Shown here: positions 53,833-62,762 of the stretch, piece after piece
How the letters are laid out: each line of letters begins with the position of its first letter
Position numbering within the stretch: position 1 is the stretch's first letter
From: Planctomycetota bacterium
GTDB lineage: Bacteria > Planctomycetota > UBA1135
Direction of reading: 5' to 3'
Length of the DNA: 64,000 nucleotides
Assembly: GCA_040264055.1 (NCBI GenBank)
Contig: JBDQJC010000008.1
Coordinates: forward strand, 342 to 64,341
Notes under the pieces: model-generated
Seen by the model: the letters and a program-made list of their open reading frames with translations, nothing else
Told to the model about the DNA's origin: nothing
Databases searched by the model: none
Made by a program: the position numbers and the translations under genes

Positions 53833-56151
53833 CTAGTCGAGTGCCACCGGCAAGCCGCTCACGACTGCCTCTTCGCTGATGAACAGTTCGCCTTGCCTCA
53901 CTACCGAACCGTCCGCTGCACGGAGCTCCCAGTTGGCATAAGCCACTTCGGCATCGCCGTTCGCAAGCGCGGTGTTGTAGGGCAAGCGCAATGCGGCCCG
54001 CCCACCTTGGGCTTCGACTCGGTCGCGGTAAAGGAAGGCGATGATCTCTTTGCCATTCATGCCAACGCGAATCCCGAGTTCGACGCTCAGGGTTTGGCCA
54101 CGCTCGGCTGCAACCGAGACCGCCGCTCCGGCGACGTGTTCCCAAACCAGGCCATAGGGCTGAATCATGCCGCCATGCGCGGGGTGGTCGTCCGGGATCG
54201 GCGAGACATGCACGAGGCGCAGGTAGTCGATCGGGCGGCCGGGACCCTCGGGGCCGTCAAAGTCGCCAAGGCCCGGCAGCACGCCACTTGGACTGGCCGC
54301 CACCCCGACGCCAAGCGCCGCCGCCATCGAGTCAAACCAAAGCGGCGTGAACTCGGTGCGCGTGTGTCCCTGGGCGTCTTCAAAGCTGCGCACAAAACCA
54401 CCTTCAAGCAAGTCCTCGCCGTAAGAGCGTTGCAGCTGGTCCATCGCCAAAGTCAAACGAGAGTTGCGCACCAGATAGCGCACTTGATGCGCACGCAGCA
54501 ACTCGCGCGCGGCTTGTGGATCACGGCTGAGGAAGAACTTGGCCGGAGCGCGATAGCCGTCGACACCAACATAACTGCCGAAGTTGGTCGCCACGGAAGC
54601 AAAGCCGGTACGCCATTCGATCGCGTGCCCCCAATCCCAAGGCGCGAGCACGCTCGCTTCGGCTTCAGCGATGGGAGTGGAGCTGGGCGCGTGGGCATCG
54701 ATCCACTCAAGCAGATGGCGCTGCGCGGGTGCTGCGCGGTCAGTCCAAGTAAAGCTAGCGAATCCGTTTAGCCAGTAGGTGCCGGCGACCAAGACTCCGG
54801 CGGCCAATCCGGTTGGCAGGCTGATCCATGCACGGGCGTGATTCCACTTGGGGAACTGCGTGCATGCCCAAGCAAAACCGAGCGCTGCCGGGCCAATCGC
54901 AGCTTCGATGAAGCGAATTTGAGTCAGGGCCTGGCCGAAACTCAAGGGGATCAAGATCAATAGCGCTGCGAATTCACTTTGCCCCCTCCACCAACGCATC
55001 GCAATCCACAGCCAGAGCAGGGGCAACAAGAAAAACCCAAGGCCTACCCAATCGCGATAGCCATCGAAGAGTCGGCTGGACTCGGCGATGCCAGACATGA
55101 ACTCATCCGCGCGGGATACCCACGCAAAGCCTTCGCGAATTCCCGCGCCCGGCCCGATATCCAGGGCCACCAACAATGCGCCGACTGCGAAGATCGCAGC
55201 AGGGATTGCAAGCAAAGGGACTCGCCCCCCGTGCTTAGGAAGAAAGATCAAAAGGCCCAGCAGTAGCTCAATCGGATGGAACCAACTCAGGTTGACCACC
55301 ATCCAGGGGAACTCCGTTGCCCACTCGCTCGACAGGGCCGCTGGAAGCACGAGCAGCAGCGCGGCCGCGTGAAAGGCCAAGCCGAAGTTGCGCAAGCCGT
55401 GCGCGGTTTCATCGCGCGCGCGCAACCAAGTCAGCACTAGGCCCAGCTGTAGAGCGCCCAGCCAAAGCAGGCTTGCAACCCAACTGCCAAGCGACAGGCC
55501 CATCATGACGCCGGCTGCTGCACCCAAGTGAAGGCTGCGCTGCGGGTCGATCAAGCAGACGCGGCGCCATGCCATCGAACAGATCAGCATCGCCAAGACG
55601 TTGAGCATGCTGACCCAAGCGTGGTGGTCGGCAATGCCCGGCACCGAGTAGTGCACCGCGCCGTAACTCAGTGCGCTGATCGAACCGGCGACGATCGCCG
55701 CAAGCTGCGAACGCAGCAGGGCGCCTGCGAACAAAGCAAGTAGGAAGCTCGTCGCAACCCCATACAGGAAGGGCAAGCGCGCCATCCAGGTCTCGAGGAA
55801 GGCTCGCCGTGCGTCAAGATCTTCGGGGGCGAAGAGTCCCAACAAACTGTAGGCCGCGCTATCCGCGTAAGCGGGCCACGGAATCTTCGAACCGTGCGGA
55901 AAGTTCAAGCGCGGGTCGCTGCCGGCGATCTCGCCTTCTTCTATCGCGCGATGCACGCGCCGCATGTGATACAGGCCGTCTGCTTCCGGGCTCGTCAGTC
56001 GGCCCTCAACCGCATAGCCGGCTTCGACGTATTCCGCGTGGGGCTGCACCCAGACAGCGTTCCCGATGCGGACGAAGCAGGCCAGCGCCGCGCAGCCGAT
56101 CGCAATCAGCAGCAGATGGAGGGTAGAAGGGCGGGCAGCCGACGAACTCAC
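53833..56151 (-). CDS. STT3/AglB/PglB-family oligosaccharyltransferase homologue
   Basis: EADGLYHMRR...NFPHGSKIPWPAY (EL1 Asp motif), SGIAESSRLF (TIxE-like), APWDWGHAIEW (WWDYG-like), then FLSRDPQAARELLRAHQVRYLV as in STT3. About 13 TM helices. GTG start overlaps the upstream stop (GTGA). Confidence 0.65.
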   Translation of the reverse strand: MSSSAARPSTLHLLLIAIGCAALACFVRIGNAVWVQPHAEYVEAGYAVEGRLTSPEADGLYHMRRVHRAIEEGEIAGSDPRLNFPHGSKIPWPAYADSAAYSLLGLFAPEDLDARRAFLETWMARLPFLYGVATSFLLALFAGALLRSQLAAIVAGSISALSYGAVHYSVPGIADHHAWVSMLNVLAMLICSMAWRRVCLIDPQRSLHLGAAAGVMMGLSLGSWVASLLWLGALQLGLVLTWLRARDETAHGLRNFGLAFHAAALLLVLPAALSSEWATEFPWMVVNLSWFHPIELLLGLLIFLPKHGGRVPLLAIPAAIFAVGALLVALDIGPGAGIREGFAWVSRADEFMSGIAESSRLFDGYRDWVGLGFFLLPLLWLWIAMRWWRGQSEFAALLILIPLSFGQALTQIRFIEAAIGPAALGFAWACTQFPKWNHARAWISLPTGLAAGVLVAGTYWLNGFASFTWTDRAAPAQRHLLEWIDAHAPSSTPIAEAEASVLAPWDWGHAIEWRTGFASVATNFGSYVGVDGYRAPAKFFLSRDPQAARELLRAHQVRYLVRNSRLTLAMDQLQRSYGEDLLEGGFVRSFEDAQGHTRTEFTPLWFDSMAAALGVGVAASPSGVLPGLGDFDGPEGPGRPIDYLRLVHVSPIPDDHPAHGGMIQPYGLVWEHVAGAAVSVAAERGQTLSVELGIRVGMNGKEIIAFLYRDRVEAQGGRAALRLPYNTALANGDAEVAYANWELRAADGSVVRQGELFISEEAVVSGLPVALD

Positions 56152-58358
56152 AGACGCACAGAGTAGACCAGCTTGAGGGCCAGGTCTCGCTCGGTCGGCA
56201 CGATCACATCATCGACGCGCTGCACCCAGCCTGCGTTGACGACGAGGAATAGCTCCTGGCCATCGCGTTGAATCCAGCGCAGCCGGCTTTGCCAGCCGAG
56301 TTCTTCCGATTCGTTATCGGCTTGAATCACGTTTTGCCAACTCAGCGAGGGGCTTGCGTAAAAGTTTGCACCGAAGCCGACTACCCGAGTTGCGAAATCG
56401 CCGTTCGCCAGGCTCGCCTGGTTTTCTTGATAGCTCAAGTCCATGGCAAGCGTTGGATTTGGCCGCCAATTCATGTCGACGTCATAACGCGTGCGATCGC
56501 CGTCGTACCAGCTACCGGTACGCACATCGAGCTTCACCGAGACCGGCCGAGCTTCCGAGCTTTCGAATTCAACCGAGTAATCCGTGAAGTCATAGAAATC
56601 GGCGGCCACCGGAACGCCGCCCGGATCGAAGTCGTCCTCGGTGACGCGATCGCCGGCATAGCGCACATCAAACTCAAGTTTGTCGCCGGTATGCCACTCG
56701 ACACCAAAGTAGGTCAAGCGCACGCTATGCGACATCAGCTTGGCGCCGTCCTCGAACCAGGCCGAGGGGCTCAAGGAAAACTCGTACTTACGGACTTTCG
56801 AGCCAGGGTCGGTCGGTCGCGGCTCAAAGGACACCGAGCTCGACCAGTTGGATTGCCCGGGCCGTTGCACGAAGCCTAATCCGGGATCGAAATCACTCTT
56901 GGCCAAGAAGAACTGTGTCGAGTACCGCCAGTTACTGGTATTCAAACTCGCGCGCGCACCGGCCGCCCCACCTTGTGTGCCATCCGTCTCGTCTTCGCTT
57001 CGTACCGCGAAGGTCGACAGATCGAACTCGCCACCGAACAGATTGTCGTTGTAGCGCGTATCGAGGCCGGTGACCAAGTTGCGATCGTCATCCGAGGGAT
57101 CACCGTAGGTCAGGATGCCACCAATCGCAAAGCGGTTGTTGACGTTGTAACTCGGGCGAATCACAAAGGATTCGCCTTCCGGAATGATCTCGCCGTCGAT
57201 GTTCTCTTGACCGGTACTGACGGCCAGCAAGCCAATGTCCCAAGGACCGGCTCGACCGGACAAACGCGCTCCGGTATCGACCGCAACTTCTTCGCCCCCG
57301 ACCAAACCAAGCCGCCGGCTATAGAAGGGCACCAGGCTGTTGCTGCGCGGCAAGCCGAACTCAAAAATGTTGGCGTCTTCGAGAAAGAAGTCGCGCTTCT
57401 CGGGGAAGAACAGCGAGTACTGCGACAGGTTGATCTGCCGATCGTCAACTTCGGTCTCGGCGAAGTCGGTGTTTGCCGTCAGCGACATCTTGAGTTGGGG
57501 CGTGATCCACCAATCCACCTCGCCACCGAATCCGGTATCCCAGCTGCGCGGGCCACCATGTTCATCCAAGCGCTTGACCTTGAAGTAGGGCGTGACCGTC
57601 ACTCCCAAGCCGTGGTCGACCCCACCCATACCGGTGATGATCCCGCCGTTCGCTAGGTTGAAATGACGGAACTCACGGCGCGCGGCCGTCCAGCGGTAGC
57701 GCGTGCGACTTGAGCCGCGGTAGCGCTCGAAGTTGATGCGCCAGTCCCCGCTTTCATTGCTTGCAATGCTGCGGAACGGAATCACGATCTCGGCTGTCCA
57801 ACGATCCTTGAGGACCCTGGTTTTTGCGTCCCAGTATGTATCCCACCGCTTGTTGAAGCGATTGCCGTTGTCGCCGATCAGGGCATCGCCGCGCGAGCCA
57901 GCCGCGGACAACTGAAAGAAATAGGCCGTGGGGCTATCGCCGAAGGTATCGATGACCAACTGAAAGCGGTCGTCATCGTTGAGGAAGGCGTCGCGGTGCT
58001 GATTTTGCAGCACCATCGAGCCTGGGTCGGGCTCGTAGAATCGCAGACCGATGTACAGATGCGTCGCCGAGCGCCACATCAAGACTTCGGTCTTCGGGTC
58101 GGCAGGCGCACCTTCGTTCGGTTCGACCTCTTGGAAACCGTCAATCAGAGCCGCCTTGCCCCACTCTTCCTCTTCGAGCAGGCCATCCAAGCGAATCCCC
58201 CATTCTCCTGGCAAGGGCGCCTCAAAAGTGGGGATCTTTATCTCCGGACGGACCAGGCCGTCCGGCATCAGATCGGGCGCTTGCTGCTGAAACAGCGCTA
58301 GGGCGAGCAACGGGGCAAACATCAGAGGTGCCCGATGCTCGGGCAAGCCAGGAATCAT
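56148..58358 (-). CDS. CBM9-like domain + DUF5916 outer-membrane beta-barrel-like protein
   Basis: IRLDGLLEEEEWGKA...THLYIGLRFYEPD...DDRFQLVIDTF...RWTAEIVIPF (CBM9-like) followed by a long beta-strand-rich region. ATGA overlap with mutY. Confidence 0.6.
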   Translation of the reverse strand: MIPGLPEHRAPLMFAPLLALALFQQQAPDLMPDGLVRPEIKIPTFEAPLPGEWGIRLDGLLEEEEWGKAALIDGFQEVEPNEGAPADPKTEVLMWRSATHLYIGLRFYEPDPGSMVLQNQHRDAFLNDDDRFQLVIDTFGDSPTAYFFQLSAAGSRGDALIGDNGNRFNKRWDTYWDAKTRVLKDRWTAEIVIPFRSIASNESGDWRINFERYRGSSRTRYRWTAARREFRHFNLANGGIITGMGGVDHGLGVTVTPYFKVKRLDEHGGPRSWDTGFGGEVDWWITPQLKMSLTANTDFAETEVDDRQINLSQYSLFFPEKRDFFLEDANIFEFGLPRSNSLVPFYSRRLGLVGGEEVAVDTGARLSGRAGPWDIGLLAVSTGQENIDGEIIPEGESFVIRPSYNVNNRFAIGGILTYGDPSDDDRNLVTGLDTRYNDNLFGGEFDLSTFAVRSEDETDGTQGGAAGARASLNTSNWRYSTQFFLAKSDFDPGLGFVQRPGQSNWSSSVSFEPRPTDPGSKVRKYEFSLSPSAWFEDGAKLMSHSVRLTYFGVEWHTGDKLEFDVRYAGDRVTEDDFDPGGVPVAADFYDFTDYSVEFESSEARPVSVKLDVRTGSWYDGDRTRYDVDMNWRPNPTLAMDLSYQENQASLANGDFATRVVGFGANFYASPSLSWQNVIQADNESEELGWQSRLRWIQRDGQELFLVVNAGWVQRVDDVIVPTERDLALKLVYSVRL

Positions 58359-59479
58359 ACCCAGCGACGCAAGATCTTCCGCGCAAGCCCGGTGAGGCCC
58401 AGGCTCTGGGGGTCAAAATAGGCCGAAGCCGCGACTTCTTCCAAGCGAAACACGCGCGCGGTGATCTTGTGGCGGGTGATCGTATGGCGGACCACGCCGA
58501 GTTCCTCCCCGAGCTGACCATGCGCACCGGCGGCTCGCCAGGCTTGCTCGACCGCTTTCGACCCTTGCGATCCGCTTGGATCCGGCTCAGACACCAGCGA
58601 AGGCGGCTCCCACAGTCCTGGATTCCAACCCTCATATCGTTGTACAAGCAACACTTCTGAGCCGGGTTCGCGAACCGCCAGTCCGTAGATCAGCTCCAAC
58701 TCTTTCCACCGCACTGGCTTGGACGGCAATGGAAAACTCTCCGCGAGGGCTTTCAAACCGCCAGGGTCTGATCCGTTGACGATACAATCGCCTTCGAGCG
58801 GACATTCTGTACAGCGCGGGGAGCGTGGCGTGCACAACGTCGCGCCCAACTCCATGACCGCCTCATTCCACGCGCCGGGCGCGGCCTGCTCGGGAAGTTT
58901 GTGCATCGCAGCCTCCATCCAAGCCGCCGAAGCTTGGTGGAGGGCCCGTGCGTCCGCGGCAAGAGGCAGAGCCTGAACGCGCGCCGCCACGCGCTTCACA
59001 TTTCCATCGACAACCGGAACCGCCAGCCCGCCAGCCAGCGACGCGACCGCCGCCGCGGTGTATTCACCGACCCCGGAAATCGCGCACCACTGCTTCGCGG
59101 TCGTCGGCCAATGAGCCCCACCGACTCCGCGCGCCCCGAGCGCAACCAGCTCGGCAGCCGCGCGGTGGAGGAAGCGCGCCCGGCGGTAATAGCCCAGGCC
59201 TGCCCAATGCCGCAGGACTTCGTCTTCCGAGGCCGCGGCGAGCGCATCCACGCTGGGAAAGGAGCGCATCCAGGCTTCGAAATAGGGCACGACCACATCG
59301 ACCCGAGTCTGCTGCAGCATGATCTCGGATACCCAAACGCGATACGGCGCGCGTTGCCCGTGCGGCGCATCGCGCCACGGCAAGGCCCGCTGCCTTGCGG
59401 CAAACCAGTCCAGCAACGCAGCGACTTGCACGGCCTCGATCGACGCGGTCTCGATCGGCTTCTGCTTCGGGCCCGCCAT
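58355..59479 (-). CDS. mutY: A/G-specific adenine DNA glycosylase
   Basis: HhH-GPD region, Cx6Cx2Cx5C cluster (CTPRSPRCTECPLEGDC) and a NUDIX-like C-terminal domain. Confidence 0.9.
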   Translation of the reverse strand: MAGPKQKPIETASIEAVQVAALLDWFAARQRALPWRDAPHGQRAPYRVWVSEIMLQQTRVDVVVPYFEAWMRSFPSVDALAAASEDEVLRHWAGLGYYRRARFLHRAAAELVALGARGVGGAHWPTTAKQWCAISGVGEYTAAAVASLAGGLAVPVVDGNVKRVAARVQALPLAADARALHQASAAWMEAAMHKLPEQAAPGAWNEAVMELGATLCTPRSPRCTECPLEGDCIVNGSDPGGLKALAESFPLPSKPVRWKELELIYGLAVREPGSEVLLVQRYEGWNPGLWEPPSLVSEPDPSGSQGSKAVEQAWRAAGAHGQLGEELGVVRHTITRHKITARVFRLEEVAASAYFDPQSLGLTGLARKILRRWV

Positions 59480-60143
59480 GCGGCGAGGGTACCGTATCCA
59501 GGTGCCTGCAGAAGACTGGACGGACGCGTATCACGCACCAAAAGTTGCGCGTGATTACGACCGCCGTTATCGCGGTCCGATCCGACGCATGAACAATCGA
59601 CGGGTCGAAAAAGCCGTGCTCGCCGCGCTGAAAGAAGCGGGAAACAACCGAATCCCACCGACCGTGCTGGATGTCCCAGCTGGAACCGGGCGCTTTACTG
59701 CCGCGATCCGCGCTGCCGGAGCACAAGTCTGCAGCCTCGATCGCAGCGCGGAAATGCTTCATGTGCTGCGTGAAAAGCATGGTCCTGGCTTCGAGCTGGT
59801 CGCTGATCTGCTTCAACCGCCTCTGCGTCAACGGCCCGGCGCCTGTGTGCTTTCGCTGCGACTGATGCAGCACTACCAGGCCGAGGAGCGCATTGCCGCA
59901 CTGCGCGCCTTCCATCGAATCGCTCCACGAGCAGTCGTCGCCTACTACCCTGGTTGGGATTGGAAGAATCGCTTGCGACGCCTGCGCGCCCGACTTGGTT
60001 TGCCGGTCTCGAAGCTGCGCGAGCATATTCCCGCCAAACGCATCCGTGCCGAAGCCGAAGCCGCAGGCTGGAAGCTGATCCGAACCCGCCAGGTCTTCCC
60101 GATCCTCTCCGAGAATGTCCTTTTGATCCTCGCCGCCAAGTGA
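59478..60143 (+). CDS. Class I SAM-dependent methyltransferase
   Basis: ARDYDRRY...VLDVPAGTGRF...CSLDRSAEML. Internal ATG 59478 of ORF 59319-60143 (alternative ATG 59589). Confidence 0.7.
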   Translation: MRRGYRIQVPAEDWTDAYHAPKVARDYDRRYRGPIRRMNNRRVEKAVLAALKEAGNNRIPPTVLDVPAGTGRFTAAIRAAGAQVCSLDRSAEMLHVLREKHGPGFELVADLLQPPLRQRPGACVLSLRLMQHYQAEERIAALRAFHRIAPRAVVAYYPGWDWKNRLRRLRARLGLPVSKLREHIPAKRIRAEAEAAGWKLIRTRQVFPILSENVLLILAAK

Positions 60144-62737
60144 TCGTCCGCGCTTTCCGATTCGCCAGCTACGCCTTTGCGCTCACAATTGTGCTCGCAG
60201 GCCTCGCCGACTCAGCAGGATCAGCGCTCGGTGGCGCCGCGACCGACGTCATGCTGGCAGCGTGTCTGATCGCGCTGGCGCTCGGCGCCGGCATGGTGCG
60301 CCCCGGCCCCTGCGGATCCCTTCACTTGGTTTCGGCGCTCGCTCTCGGTGCCGCAGCCTGGGTCTTGCCGAGCACCCCGCGCATCGGCGCAGCCATGCTC
60401 TTGCTGGGCTGCGTCCTACCCCTGGCGATGGTCGGTCGACGCTTCGGCCAAGCACTCGCCGGAGCTGGCCCGAGCGGCGTGGCCTTGCCCTTCGGTCTGT
60501 TCTTTGGGTTGGTTGCCGCTGGCTTTGGCACCGGCCCTTGGCTCTACTTGTTAATGACCCTCGGCATCCTGTGGCCGCCACCGGCAGCAGCACAACCGAA
60601 TCCCGATGCGCCGCCGGCTCCAAGCAGCGATCGCATCGCGTTGTTCTTGATCAGCTTCGCGATCGGCATGCTCTGGGTCAGCATGCGCCCCATGGTCACG
60701 CTGTTCGATTCAGAAAATGTGCTGCAAGACACCCGGCGCATGGTCACTGTCGGGATCGCATTCGCGCTGGGCTGGTGGGCGCTCGGCGCCGCAATCGCAG
60801 ACGGCAAGAAGCTCCGATGGATCGGCGCTTCGGCGCTCGCCGCTGCAACCGCAGTTGGCTTCCGCCGCACGGTGTTGACCACGGAACGCTTGAACTCTCC
60901 GCAAGAGTACACGCCCATGGTTGGATCCGATCGCTTGTTAGGGCTGCTGGGTCGTACCGATCGATTGACCGAGATCGATGATGCCTTCGTGCCATGGATG
61001 ACTTTGGTGCTGGCAGCCTTCCCGGTCATCGCCGTCGTTGCCAGCCTGCGTGCCGCAGCGGGCAGTGACGCACAGGATGCGCGGTGGCCGGTTCGACTCG
61101 GGTTATGCCTGATTGGAATCGCTGCAGGCGTTCTGGTCACGGTGGTCGCCGGGCTCCCCCTGCTTGGCGACTCCCTACCCTCCGGGACTTTCGCCGCTTT
61201 GATGATCGCTTGTGTTGCATTGGCATACTCGGCCGGTGTCAAGTTGGGGCTGCCCAGTGGCATCGTGCTCGCTGCGGCAGCGTGGATCTTTGCCGGCCCG
61301 CCCGCGATGCCCGAGACCGGACATCCTTACTACGATCTGCACACCTATAAGGTCGCGCGCAACGCCAATGATCAGCTCGCGCAGCGCACGACGGCTTCGG
61401 CCTACGCGCGCGTCGTTGAACGCCAGACGCCCGCTCTGCAAGGCAGTTATCAGCTGTTCGACGGACGCAATCAACTCACGCCGATTTTCGACGAATCGCA
61501 AGCCTGGGAAGTCGACGCCCTTTTCCCCTTGCTGTTGAGTGATGGCAGCCCGAATCGAGCCCTTCTGATCGGAGCGCCGCATGCCGGAACACTTTCGAGC
61601 CTGCGCTCGGTCGGCGCTCAGGAGGTGCACCTTGCGATTGACCCGCCGGAGCTCGCCGAGTTGGCTTGGGGGTTCACACCGGAATGGGCCGGGCTGTCCT
61701 TTGATGGGCTGAGTTCGACTGCCGCGCGCGCCGAGGGCGAGTTCGACTTCGCATTGCTGCGCGAGACTGGACTCTGGGATCCGCAACGCGCCCGGTCGAT
61801 TCGCCAGGCCGGCCTGCGACAACTTGCACGCAAACTGAACCCCGGGGGCGTGGCTGCGGTGGTGCTGGATCCGCGTCGCGCAGTCCCTGGCTTGACCAGC
61901 GCAATCGCCGAGAACTTGGGAAGGGCGGTAGGCAGCCAAGCGCGCGTCTTTGTCGTGCCGCACAGCTTCTTTACCCCAAGCATCTTGATTGTCGCGCGCA
62001 AGCCGAGCGAGAACCAAGCGGCGCAGGTGGCTGCCGAAGCCTTCCAATTCCGGATTCGCAATCAGTTGCGCGATCGTGGCTTTCCGCTGCATCGGAATCT
62101 CGAGTTTGAGCTACTCGAAGCGTCCACTGACCGCGACGAATCCGACCTGTTCGGCAACTTACTTGCCGGGCCTTTGCCTCCCTTGGCGATCGCTCTCTCT
62201 GCCACCGCGCCCTTCCGTGCTGAAGATGCGCGGCCATGGAAGCGCTCGGCCTCCGTTCTAGGTCGCCTTGGTGCGCAGGGTTCACTTGCATGGGTGCTCG
62301 GATTGCATGAAGGCAGTCAGGTTTGGTCGCTCAAGGACACCCAAGTGGTACCAAGAGAAGACAAGATCGACCTGAGCCGCGAGGCTTTGGAAGGCTTGCT
62401 TGCCCTTTGTAAGCAGCATCCTGATTCGGAAATGCTGCGCTTCCTCGCCGAGAGCTTTGGCTATTCGGCGGTTCGCAAGCGCGAGGTCGAATGGGCCTAC
62501 GCTTTCATGCAGGGCCTCGTGGAAGACCTGGAGTGGCGCACACCTTGGCTGCTCGTGGCCTACGGGGAGACGCTTTACGAGATGCTCGAGCCAGAGGCCG
62601 CCGAAGCCTTGGCCGAGGAAGCCCTGTTGTTGCGCCCCGAGTTTGAGCCGGCCCTGCGTCTGCGCGCGATCGCTCGCGGCGAAGCGGATCCCTTCATGGA
62701 ATCACGCTCGCAACACGAAGGTCACAGCCACCGCTAG
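60140..62737 (+). CDS. Polytopic membrane protein fused to a degenerate spermidine-synthase-like domain and a TPR-like C-terminus
   Basis: GTG 60140 overlaps the upstream stop (GTGA). About 12 TM helices, then LLIGAPHAGTLSSLRSVGAQEVHLAIDPPEL (SpeE-like, GGGDG motif degenerate), then helical repeats. Confidence 0.55.
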   Translation: MIVRAFRFASYAFALTIVLAGLADSAGSALGGAATDVMLAACLIALALGAGMVRPGPCGSLHLVSALALGAAAWVLPSTPRIGAAMLLLGCVLPLAMVGRRFGQALAGAGPSGVALPFGLFFGLVAAGFGTGPWLYLLMTLGILWPPPAAAQPNPDAPPAPSSDRIALFLISFAIGMLWVSMRPMVTLFDSENVLQDTRRMVTVGIAFALGWWALGAAIADGKKLRWIGASALAAATAVGFRRTVLTTERLNSPQEYTPMVGSDRLLGLLGRTDRLTEIDDAFVPWMTLVLAAFPVIAVVASLRAAAGSDAQDARWPVRLGLCLIGIAAGVLVTVVAGLPLLGDSLPSGTFAALMIACVALAYSAGVKLGLPSGIVLAAAAWIFAGPPAMPETGHPYYDLHTYKVARNANDQLAQRTTASAYARVVERQTPALQGSYQLFDGRNQLTPIFDESQAWEVDALFPLLLSDGSPNRALLIGAPHAGTLSSLRSVGAQEVHLAIDPPELAELAWGFTPEWAGLSFDGLSSTAARAEGEFDFALLRETGLWDPQRARSIRQAGLRQLARKLNPGGVAAVVLDPRRAVPGLTSAIAENLGRAVGSQARVFVVPHSFFTPSILIVARKPSENQAAQVAAEAFQFRIRNQLRDRGFPLHRNLEFELLEASTDRDESDLFGNLLAGPLPPLAIALSATAPFRAEDARPWKRSASVLGRLGAQGSLAWVLGLHEGSQVWSLKDTQVVPREDKIDLSREALEGLLALCKQHPDSEMLRFLAESFGYSAVRKREVEWAYAFMQGLVEDLEWRTPWLLVAYGETLYEMLEPEAAEALAEEALLLRPEFEPALRLRAIARGEADPFMESRSQHEGHSHR

Positions 62738-62762
62738 GAATTGCTTGGACTCGCCGGTGCGA

